Assembly: GCA_964187785.1 (NCBI GenBank)
Contig: OZ076409.1
Span: 96,660,001 to 96,724,000 of the forward strand
From: Amphiscolops sp. MND2022
Lineage: Eukaryota
Length of the DNA: 64,000 nucleotides
Direction of reading: 5' to 3'
Under the pieces are notes generated by a model. It ran no database searches, was not told the origin of the DNA, and worked only from the letters and a program-made list of their open reading frames with translations. Position numbers and translations under genes: made by a program. Of the stretch, positions 24,739-34,398 are shown in pieces. Numbering within the stretch: position 1 is the first letter of the stretch; each line of letters opens with the position of its first letter.

Positions 24739-24854
24739 CAGTAGGGGGTGCCGATCAGGGTCTTGGTCCTGTCCATGGTGCCGACAGTCTCCACAGACAC
24801 CCCGAAGTCCGCCAGCTTCACGTCTCCCTGCTGGGTGAGCAGAATGTTCGCACC
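24739..24854 (-). CDS. MAP4K-like kinase exon 5 ([39 protein letters not shown])
   Basis: Translated manually (absent from the ORF track). TTTAG/GTGAGT boundaries, with DFG and the GTPYW STE20 signature. Confidence 0.95.
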
Positions 24855-26087
24855 CTAAACAACACCCACGTGATGTCATCTTCACTATTTTACAACGTGT
24901 TTTTTAGTCCGCGCCTTTTCCCTTAAGGGTAGTTTTCAGTTCACTGTGAATGGTCCACCTTTTTTGTTCATTTGTTCAACTTAATATAACGTTTCAACGT
25001 TCGGATGTAACGTTTTGAAAGTTCGGATATAACGTTTTCAAAGTTCGGATATAACGTTTTCAAAGTTCGAATGTAACGTGTTCAGCACTGAAACTGTTCG
25101 AAATTCTCGTTTTTCGCTTTTTTTTCGAAAATTTTTGAACATCCTTGAATTCAAACATTTAATAGTTTAGAGAAAGTTTTCAAGAAAAATAGAGATTTTT
25201 GAAGGTGCTTTAGCGATGTCTCTGTTTTCAACTTTCTCGATCTCCACGTCCAGGGGAAACGAAAGGAAATCGGTCATAGCACGCTCAAAACGGAAGAAAA
25301 TTACAATTGTAGGGGGTCATTTTTCGGAACTTTTTTTTGAAAAAACCTTTCGTCTAAACAGTGTGCTGTATAGTCTATTAAATCGTGGTTGAACTCAGTA
25401 GATATTCTGGCCCACGAAAACTACAAAACTTGAAATTAAAAATCAAAAATTAGAAAACTTGAGGACATTTGTCAAAACGATTTTTTTTCGGAACTCTGTT
25501 GAACACGTAAACAAGCGGTGAACGGCCCAAGTCGGTGCCATATCTAAGACTCAACAAAACGAGAACGTCTGAAGTCGACGCCATATCTTAGGCTCAAAAA
25601 TAGCAAAAGGACTTCAAAGTGTCAAAGTATTGGTGAATTTGGAACCTTTTATTTAAAAAAATTTTGAAAAAAAGTCTCACAATGCCGAAAAAACTGAAAG
25701 GGGCCCTTTGGAATTTTTCAACATCCATTCTGTCGGAAAATATCAAAAGTTGAAGGGGGACCCTTTGGTGAATTTTATTTTTTGAAAAAAAAGTCTCACA
25801 GAGCCAAAAATACTCTAAGGGAGTACCCTTTGGCCCCGTTGAGTTTCTTAGATGAAATAAAAAAAATACTACTTCGTAAGCTAATTGTAAAAATTGCAAG
25901 AAAAGTGGACCATTCAGAGTGAGATTGTAGGCTGAAAAAAACTACCCACTGTAATAATCGGGCTTTTTTTCCTTTGGGAAAAAGCGCCGACTAAAAATGC
26001 AGAGCTTTAATAAAAATACCTTAGCAGAGACTAGATGCTGAAAGAAGCGTAGAACTAGAAGTGGGCGAAAGCAAGACAGACACTAAC

Positions 26088-26191
26088 CTTGATATCTCTG
26101 TGCATCACATGTTGGGAATGGATATAGGAGACAGCTCCGAACATCTCGCGCATCACAAAAGCTATTTGGTCTTCGTTGAAAGCGTTCTTCT
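26088..26191 (-). CDS. MAP4K-like kinase exon 4 (KNAFNEDQIAFVMREMFGAVSYIHSQHVMHRDIK)
   Basis: TTGCAG/GTTAGT boundaries and the HRDIK catalytic loop. Confidence 0.93.
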
Positions 26192-28529
26192 CTGCAACAA
26201 ACAACAAGACGGGAACGTCTAAAGTCGGTGCCATATCTTAGGCTCAAAAAGCGCAAAGCTTTTAAAATAGTGAAAGAGGGGGGACTCTTTGAGCTTTTTG
26301 AAAATCCAGTTTGTCGCAAAATATCAAAAAAATGAAGGGGACCTTTTGGAGACATTAAAAAATTTTCGAAAACAAAAACGAAAAATGAGAATTTTCAAAT
26401 GGTCATAGAGCCGAAAACTTAGAAGGGGGACCCTTCGGGTTTTTTGAAACTTCAGTTTGCTGCAAAATACCAAAAAAACTTGAAAGGGAGACCCTTTCGA
26501 GACAAAAAAAATTTCGAAAAAGTCGCACAGAGCCGAAAGAAAATTGAAAGGGGCCCTTTAGTGTCATCCGGTTTTGTATGTAACGTCAGAAAAGGAAAAA
26601 TTAAAGGGGACCCTTTGCACTAACTTAAATGCGTTTCCGAGGTATGAGATGAGGTTTCGGAGGTATCTGTCTAGTTGAGCAAACTGAACAAAAATTTAGT
26701 CGCTTCGAGTCTGTCTCAAAGGAAAAAACGAGTGACTGTAATAGTCGGGCTCTTTTATTAATAAAAGCACCGACTAAAAACAGTCTGCGGTCTGTCTCAA
26801 TTCGGAAGTCAAAAAAGCCGAAACTATTTTTTAAAATTTCAATTTCTGTCTTTCATGTTGAATTTTTCAACACATGGCACAGTGGTACTGCGATATTTAC
26901 GACGGACTTTGGCTGAACGCCTGATTAAGCATCAAGTGAAGCTTCGCAATCCCAATGAAGATCAAAAACTACTTATCTGAACGTATTTAAAACAACGAAA
27001 CTAACCAATTTAGCGGAACTTCGATTCTAACTGAAAATTTCTCACAGAAACTTTTCAAATGTTATTGCGTTTTTAACATATCAAAAACTTAAGTACCTCT
27101 TGTCAATATTTCAAAGCACCAATCTCCAAAAACAAACCCGGTTTAAACAGTATAGAATTAAATTTGTCTGAAAAATTCTCCCATCAGCGGTGAAAAAGAA
27201 ACGCCCTACACTGAAGGCTGAGTTAAAAAATTGTGAATCTTCAGGGCACACTTAGGCTTGGAAAGTATCTCCGAGTGATCGAAAGATCCGCCGGTATTTT
27301 TGTAGCTTGAGTTTAAACACAAGGTTTCACTGAATAACTCACGGATTATTAATAAACTTTGAATTTTTGCTCAACAATCTCGACTCATCGCCTACTTTCG
27401 ACCGAGATTAATAACACAATAACACAACAATACTGACTGTTCTATTGTGCTCAGGTGAATTAACCTTAAGTTGACCAGAAAAATTCTGGATCATCCAAAA
27501 ATCGGTTGCTTAAACTTTCAACCGCAATATCTAAACTATTCAAGTCCGACAAACGATTTATAGAGCGTTCGAAAGAGGAGAATCAATGCTTTCAAATCAA
27601 TTTTTAAACTGCTGGGCTGGGGTCCGCACGGTTTTCGGACTTTGCATGCCTCGTGTCTCTGACTGTACTTCAGCATTTTTCAAAAAATGCTAGGGTCACT
27701 TTGACCCCATCTTGATACCAGTAGGATAAAAGGGCCACAAACGAAAACTGAAAATACGGAAAAGCTGCACTCATTTTTTTTTTGATTTTTTGGTCCCATT
27801 TTCTTGATTTCGAAGACAACATGTCAATATTCCGTGAAAAGGCGCGGAATGTTATGCAATATTGTCTGAAAATCTTATTCAAGAGTTTTTTTTACTATCC
27901 AATCAGCTGGTGCGTTTAGAAGTTTGCAGAAACTAAATGTGTCGAATTCGTACCATTCTTCAAGTTAGGGTTAATGGCGGGAGCATTCTCAAATACTTGT
28001 AGAACGACTTAAAACTTCTTCGACGAGGCGAGGGGGCTCTCAATAATTTAACGACGAGCAACATAGTTGCGATACCTAATTTCCAGACGAGCATTTACTT
28101 TATAAATTAGTCCTCCACTTGCCGAGGTTTCCAAATTTATCTCTACGGAACCGTCAGTGACTCTGCAGCTTGCAGCGTAACGACACCATCCACCTCTATT
28201 TGCTGACGTTGGTCCATTTTTCTACAAAGCTCCCCTCCTTTTAACACGGGTTACATATTTGAACATCATCGCCCAATTTTAGCGTGTTCCAAACGTGATT
28301 TTCTGCTATTTTGGACAATATTATCAAAAATTTAGGGTAATATTACTGCCTGAAGTGTCAAAACAGTGGTAGAGACAATCCTCTAAGTATTTACATTCAT
28401 ATAATATTCTCTAAGTAGTGAAATATTTTTATACAAGAACAAAATGTGCTTTCGTGTGGGGGGGATTCGCAACAAGGTGTACCTGGGGGGGGGGGGGGGA
28501 TAGATGACATGGTCCAAAAAAATACTGAC

Positions 28530-28597
28530 TGTTGTTGTAAATGTCCTGAAGAGAGTCGTAACTGCACAGCTCCATGACTAGCCACAGACATTTGTTG
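28530..28597 (-). CDS. MAP4K-like kinase exon 3 (NKCLWLVMELCSYDSLQDIYNN)
   Basis: TTTTCAG/GTCAGT boundaries. Phases fit exons 2 and 4. Confidence 0.9.
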
Positions 28598-30283
28598 CTG
28601 AAAAAAAGTCGATTATCACTCAGGGTATGAATCGTCGTAGCAGAAATTTCCGCTGTTAAAAGATAACCAAAGAGATCAAGAAATAGTTCGCAGTTTCAAC
28701 ATTCAACTTTTTTTGCATCAAACCCAAGCCACGAGACCCGGAGACGTTCTCCAGCCTAAATCTATCCAGAATAGTTGCAGAATCTATCCAGAAAATCGAT
28801 CCAGATTTTCATCATAGAAAGCGCATTTGTGTTTGATATTCGATCCCCGATCTAGTTGGATATTGACTTGACTTTTAGTTTTTTCCAGGTATTAAAAGCG
28901 GTTCAAAAATTCATTTCATTTCATTCTCATTGACGATCAATCTTTGTTTGCATTTCTGCAAGGAAAAGCCATACTTTCAGTAGTCGTTTCTTGCAAAGTT
29001 GCCCTACTCTTATGATTGCAAGTTTTCCAATTTTTTGTCAGACGACAAACCCCACACTGAATGTTCCACTTTTTACAAACTGAAATCCTAGAAAAAAACG
29101 TTCATGCATTAAATACTTCGAGCCTTGTAGCCGGGGCACATACTATTTGTATGCCGATACAGCTTCATTTAATCGGACGAGAAGGCTGATTTGTCTATAA
29201 TAGGCCAGTTTTGGGCGGAAAATCCAATCGTGGGTGTGAAAATACAAGGAACAAGACGGGATCGTCTCAAGTCGGCGCCATATCTAAGGCTCAAAAATAT
29301 TCAAAGAACAACTATTGGAAACATTTGGAAAAATTTTTTCAAAAAAATTTTTTGAAAATTTTTTTCGAAAAATATTTTTTTAGAAAGTCGCACAATGCCG
29401 AAAAACTCAAAAAGAGGCCATTCAGGCTCATTGAACGTTTTTACAAACCGAAAACTTCAAAAAAATGCAAGGGGTTACCCTTTGACAAAATCCGAAAATT
29501 TTCGAAAAAAAGTCGCATAGTGCCGAAAAAAACGGAAAAAATCAAACGAAAGAAAACCTTCTTTGGTCTCGCATCTACTTTTGGAAGCATAAAAAATTTG
29601 TGGTTTAGTGCGAGAATCGAACCCACGATCTCCGGCTTCTCAGAAAATTAGTTGAACAAAGGAACAAAGATTGTAAGAAAAGTGGACCATTCAGAGTGAG
29701 ATTGTAGGCTGAAAAAGAAAAAACAAGACGGGAACGTCCCAAGTCGGCGCCATATCTTAGGCTCAAAAATATTCAAGGAACAACTATTGTAAAAATTTGG
29801 AAAAAAAATTTTTCAAAAAAATTATTTTTGAAATTTTTTTTCGAAAAAGTATTTTTTAAGTCGCAAAATGCCGAAAAAAATCCAAAGGGGGGACCCTTTG
29901 GGCACGTCCGGTTGTGTATGTTTCCTTGAAAAAGTAAAAACTGAAAGGGTTGGAGTAAAGTTTGCCTTCTGCGCAGAATTGCAGAATTGTAAGAAAAGTG
30001 GACCACTCAGAGTGAGATTGTCAACTGAAAAAAACAAAAAAAAAAAAAAAAAACTACTCACTGTAAGAGTCGGGCTTTTTTCCTTAAGGGAAAAGGCGCC
30101 GACTAAAAACTGCCCACTGTAATAGTCGGGCTTTTTTCCTTAAGGGAAAAGGCGCCGACTAAAAATATCATGAATCTGACCATTGCAATACCAAAACATG
30201 CTAATAGAAAGTCATAACGAATCAATTTAAACTAATACTTGAAATAATGCAGAAAAAAATAATTCAGAAAAAGGCATACTAAC

Positions 30284-30435
30284 TGATAAAAAGAATCGTA
30301 ATATCTGACTATGTTTGGATGATTCAGTTTGTATAATAGAGTAATTTCAGTCTGCAGATGGATAAGTTCGTTGGCATCTTTCACAAACATCCGTTTCAGT
30401 GCAACTTCCGTGATCACATCTGTCTTTTTGTGTCC
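30284..30435 (-). CDS. MAP4K-like kinase exon 2 (VALKRM...LQTEITLLYKLNHPNIVRYYDSFY)
   Basis: Catalytic Lys, alphaC Glu and HPNIV. TTCAAG/GTTAGT boundaries. Confidence 0.9.
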
Positions 30436-31235
30436 CTTGAACGAAGAGAACAATTCATGTGATCATATTCAAATGCTTTGGACGGACTAATGAAATCCCG
30501 AAAATGATGGAAACAACGGGTTAGCTCAAACAGTCAACAAGTGGATGCTCGTCTGATCTCAATTACATCGCTACAGATTTCTAATTGAGGGCTCGAGAAC
30601 CTCCCTACTTCTACAAAAATTAACATCTACTTATATTGATTCGAGCTCTTTACGAACATAATATATCACGAGTAGCTTGGACCGAATTGAAACAACCTGA
30701 ATTGAAACCTCCTGAAATAATGCGTTGAAAGATTACACGTTTATTTTCAGGAGTACCCACCAAAAAGCATGCAAGTATTTAGAATCCCTAAACCACCATC
30801 CCTCATTTTCAGATGCCCCGTAGACGCCTTGCTAAGTTAAGGCGAGCGTGGTACTACCAATAGGTTTCCGGGTCAACTCTACTAAAAGAAGTATTTTTCG
30901 GTATTTGCAATTACAACGTTGCCAAGCACATCAGCGACCATGATCGGTTACGATCAGCGGTTTTGTAAATCACTGGTGTTTTGAAATTTGGTTTGGTGAT
31001 GCCCTGTTTAGAAAATGATCTTGATGATCGAAAAGCTTCTCCAATATACATTTTAGATCTTTCGTTTCATTTATTAAATCACTTTTCAGTTATTATCCTT
31101 AATATATTTTTATACTAATCTTTAAGTCAAAAGTTCATTTTTTGGACTACTTTACTTAAGATGTTTTAATATGTTTGAGCAGGTCCGGACTGCTTAAGGA
31201 TCCGCTGTATGGATAATGAAAATTAAACAACATAC

Positions 31236-31376
31236 CGTGTAGACTTGCCCGTATGAACCTGATCCAATCAGTTCAACAATGTCATAATACCTCTGGGGGT
31301 TCTCACGGCGAATATGACTATCCAGGCGAGTAGTCTCTATAAGTCCACGACCGCGCTGTGGATTGCGACCCGCCAT
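31236..31376 (-). CDS. MAP4K-like (STE20/GCK-I) kinase exon 1 (MAGRNP...YDIVELIGSGSYGQVYT)
   Basis: ATG at 31376, Gly-rich loop GSGSYG, RRENP motif before subdomain I, GTATGT donor. Confidence 0.9.
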
Positions 31377-31844
31377 CACAATTCCTTCAGTTAAACAACT
31401 TGATGATGAATTTCATGTCATGGCTTAGTCTCTGCGGGAGCTAAACTTTGGGAAAAGCAAATACTACATTCCCAGCTGTAAGAAAAGTTCACTTCATGAA
31501 TGTTCTGAAAAAGAAGCTGTAAATGGAATGTAATGAACTGGTGCGAACACCTTCAAAATACCTTCACATCCATGAAAAACTAGGATCGAGTTCTGAAAAC
31601 GTCTAATCAATCGTCAAACTGAGAAATGTAAACGAAAACATTGTAAAAGAGGCCCGCTGTAACTGGTATAACCTACCATCACAGTAGTAGTAGCAGGGCT
31701 TTGCAATAAAGAATTGCAATAATTATTGGTCCCAAAGTTCTGAAAACCAATTAATTGATTATTGGACCCTTGACCAATAAACTATTGCAATAATTGGACA
31801 CTTTTAAAAAACAGCTGTTTCAGAACGATTTAATAACAAAAATC

Positions 31845-32256
31845 GGGGCCTATTCATACAGCAGAAAATGAAAATTCGGTCCCATACAGCAGAATTCAAA
31901 TTACTAGCTTTCAGTGTTGTTACAGCCAGTATGTAGAAACTTGATTTATTTGGAAAGGTTTGCATATTTGTTGTATGGCTCGGTCGCTTCGCTCCCTTCG
32001 CCAAGTAGCAACATTGAGGCATGGCCATATGGCACGTCGCTCCGCTCCTGCATTTAGGGCACTAGGGGTATGTGAACATATCTGACTACGTTATAATAAT
32101 AATTCCAACAAAATCTGACACGCGTTTTCATCATAGTGAATTCAATTCGATTTGAAATTTCAGCCAATCAGATTGCAGCATAAAGAAATATTCTGCTGAA
32201 TGGGACCGAATTTTCATTTACTGCTGTTTGAGACTTCTGCTGTGTGGGAATTCCCC
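31845..32256. mobile_element. MITE-like element with long inverted repeats; carries a 130-bp insert (31966-32095) also present at 33541-33680
   Basis: CAGCAGAAAATGAAAATTCGGTCCCA at ~31859 is inverted to TGGGACCGAATTTTCATTTACTGCTG at ~32201-32226. Confidence 0.6.
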
Positions 32257-32767
32257 CAAAAATCATCAAAAAGACGCATTGTACAACAGCTCACTCAGCG
32301 ACATGCACACTCAAATGAATCACTAAGAACTACTCACAATTTGATTTACTAAATTCAAATCCCAATGCTTTTTGTTAAATCGAAGGAGGAGTTGCTCTTG
32401 TAAATTCATAGGCAGAGTTGATTTTCGGTTGTCATTCGAAGCGAAACCAGCTGCGCTAAAAAACCAATGAGCAGGGAATGTACTTCATCTGTTTGGTGTC
32501 TTTCTTCATTTTCGCCAAAATGTTTCCCGCGAAGTGATCCGTCTGTGAAAATTCGATGTCAGTTCTTCTCAATTTTTTGCACGATAGATTTTCATTTACG
32601 TTGAGAGCACATTCACGAATTGTTTTTGGCAATGGCACAAATCTTATAGATATACTTCTTGTTCCGATCAGAAATCTCGAGAGTTTTCAATACCTCGTCG
32701 AACAAGGTCCGAACAGAGTCCATATCTATATCCCTTCTTTGCAGAGGAATAGTGACTGATTTCATTG

Positions 32768-32907
32768 GATACGGGACAATTTGCGGTGAGACAATTTGCC
32801 GAAAATTGACACAGGGACAATTTGCAGAATAATTTTCGGCAAATTGTCCTTCACGTTCGGCAAATTGGGCTTCGGCAAATTGTCTTTGGGCAAATTGTCC
32901 CTAACTC
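32768..32907. mobile_element. 140-bp MITE with 9-bp TSD (Mutator-like)
   Basis: ATTTCATTG at 32759-32767 and 32908-32916. TIRs contain GGGACAATTTGC, with internal repeats of that motif. Confidence 0.75.
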
Positions 32908-33438
32908 ATTTCATTGGTTCCAGAATCTTCACCGGGCTGCTCAATTTCGAGTTCTTCTTTAGGTGATAGCAAGAAGTCGATGACTGCAGGGATTTTTCTT
33001 ATCATATCTTTTATTTCAGTGAAGTTCTTTAGCAATTGCATAACACTCAACGACAGCGTGACAATACTACACTGATTTTTTGCAATTTTTCAAGTTCGGA
33101 TTAGGAACTAGTAAAGTTTGTGGCATTATCTGAGTACAACTTCCTAGGGCAACCCCTTCGCGACAAGAAAGGTAAGGCCGCAATACAAGCATTTGCTGTT
33201 AGGCCTGACATAAGCTCCAAATGTATGGCTTTACTTGCAAAGCAGACAAATAACGCTAGATAGGCCTTGTTGTCTTCCGATCCTGACACTTTTAAGTAAA
33301 AAGGACCACCGAAATCTAACCCTACGTCCTCAAAAGCTCTAGACGGTACACTTACTCGTTCTTTTGGTAAGTCACCCATTAGCGGTTCCTTCTATAACAA
33401 AGGCGTTGTTAGTGATAAGTCGAATGATTGGTGAGATT

Positions 33439-33788
33439 GCGTGGCTGTAAATAGGTCGAATTTTTCTGGTCGAAAGGACAGAGGTCGAACCTTTTGATCG
33501 AATTGCAGAGATCGAATGGAATGCAGTCGAATTTTATCGTATTTGTTGTATGGCTCGGTCGCTTCGCTCCCTTCGCCAAGTAGCAACATTGAGGCATGGC
33601 CATAAGGCACGTCGCTCCGCTTCGCTTCGCTCCTGCATTCAGGGCACTAGGGGTATGTGAACATATCTGACTACGTTATAAAAATTTCGAACCGAGTTGT
33701 TTCGATCCCATTCAGTAAATTTGGAATGTCGACCTGAGGACTAACTCTGATTTTCGATCCCGTTCCTTCGACCTACTTCCGCCCACCC
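33439..33788. mobile_element. MITE nested in TRIM LTR1, 8-bp TSD
   Basis: GTGAGATT is duplicated at 33431-33438 and 33789-33796. Imperfect TIRs (..TAGGTCGAA / TTCGACCTA..). Confidence 0.8.
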
Positions 33789-33801
33789 GTGAGATTAAAT
33801 A

Positions 33802-33882
33802 AGCCATTTGGTCTAAGGGTTAGGGCGCTTGACTGCTACCTAGATCTGTCTTGAGATGCAGGTTCGAGTCCTGTAATGGCTA
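33802..33882 (+). tRNA. tRNA-Ser(GCT)-like sequence in TRIM LTR1
   Basis: Acceptor AGCCATT/AATGGCT plus A; A-box-like TGGTCTAAGGG; CTGCTA loop; long variable arm ATCT/AGAT; T arm GCAGG-TTCGAGT-CCTGT; followed by TTTT. The anticodon stem pairs poorly. Confidence 0.7.
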
Positions 33883-34059
33883 TTTTCTCACAATCATGTC
33901 GAACTTGGGTTGTTATACTGGTAGCCATTACATAAGTGGCTTGAATCCCCAGTTGTGTTGTGTTCAACTGGGAGCTGTGTGGCATCAGCTTCAGTTAGAA
34001 GGGAATAATATAACAACGGCGTTGTTAGTGATAAGTCGAATGATTGGTGAGATTAAATA

Positions 34060-34140
34060 GGCCATTTGGTCTAAGGGTTAAGGCGCTTGACTGCTAGCTA
34101 GATCTGTCTTGAGATGCAGGTTCGAGTCCTGTAATGGCTA
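34060..34140 (+). tRNA. tRNA-Ser(GCT)-like sequence in TRIM LTR2
   Basis: Same as copy 1, with D stem GTCT/AGGC. Confidence 0.7.
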
Positions 34141-34317
34141 TTTTCTCACAATCATGTCGAACTTGGGTTGTTATACTGGTAGCCATTACATAAGTGGCTT
34201 GAATCCCCAGTTGTGTTGTGTTCAACTGGGAGCTGTGTGGCATCAGCTTCAGTTAGAAGGGAATAATATAACAACGGCGTTGTTAGTGATAAGTCGAATG
34301 ATTGGTGAGATTAAATA

Positions 34318-34398
34318 TGCCATTTGGTCTAAGGGTTAAGGCGCTTGACTGCTAGCTAGATCTGTCTTGAGATGAAGGTTCGAGTCCTGTAATGGCGA
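34318..34398 (+). tRNA. tRNA-like sequence in TRIM LTR3 (more mutated)
   Basis: Substitutions in the T stem (GAAGG) and at the acceptor end (AATGGCGA). Confidence 0.55.

Noticed and set aside
28240..28515. Segment duplicated at ~39520-39750
   Set aside because: Looks like an ordinary dispersed repeat fragment. No ends or coding signal could be defined.
31681..31700. AGTAGTAGTAG as a Polinton terminus
   Set aside because: No matching inverted terminus was found, and it lies 20 kb from the polymerase beyond a host gene.
33911..34015. Reading TGTTATA...TATAACA (the internal region) as the TG..CA LTR
   Set aside because: The TSD flanks TATAACAA...TTGTTATA, and the PBS and PPT would then lie inside the LTR.
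33802..34398. Ordinary host tRNA-Ser gene cluster or tandem SINEs
   Set aside because: The units are bounded by inverted termini, PBS, PPT and one TSD pair, and the anticodon stem is broken. This fits a TRIM.
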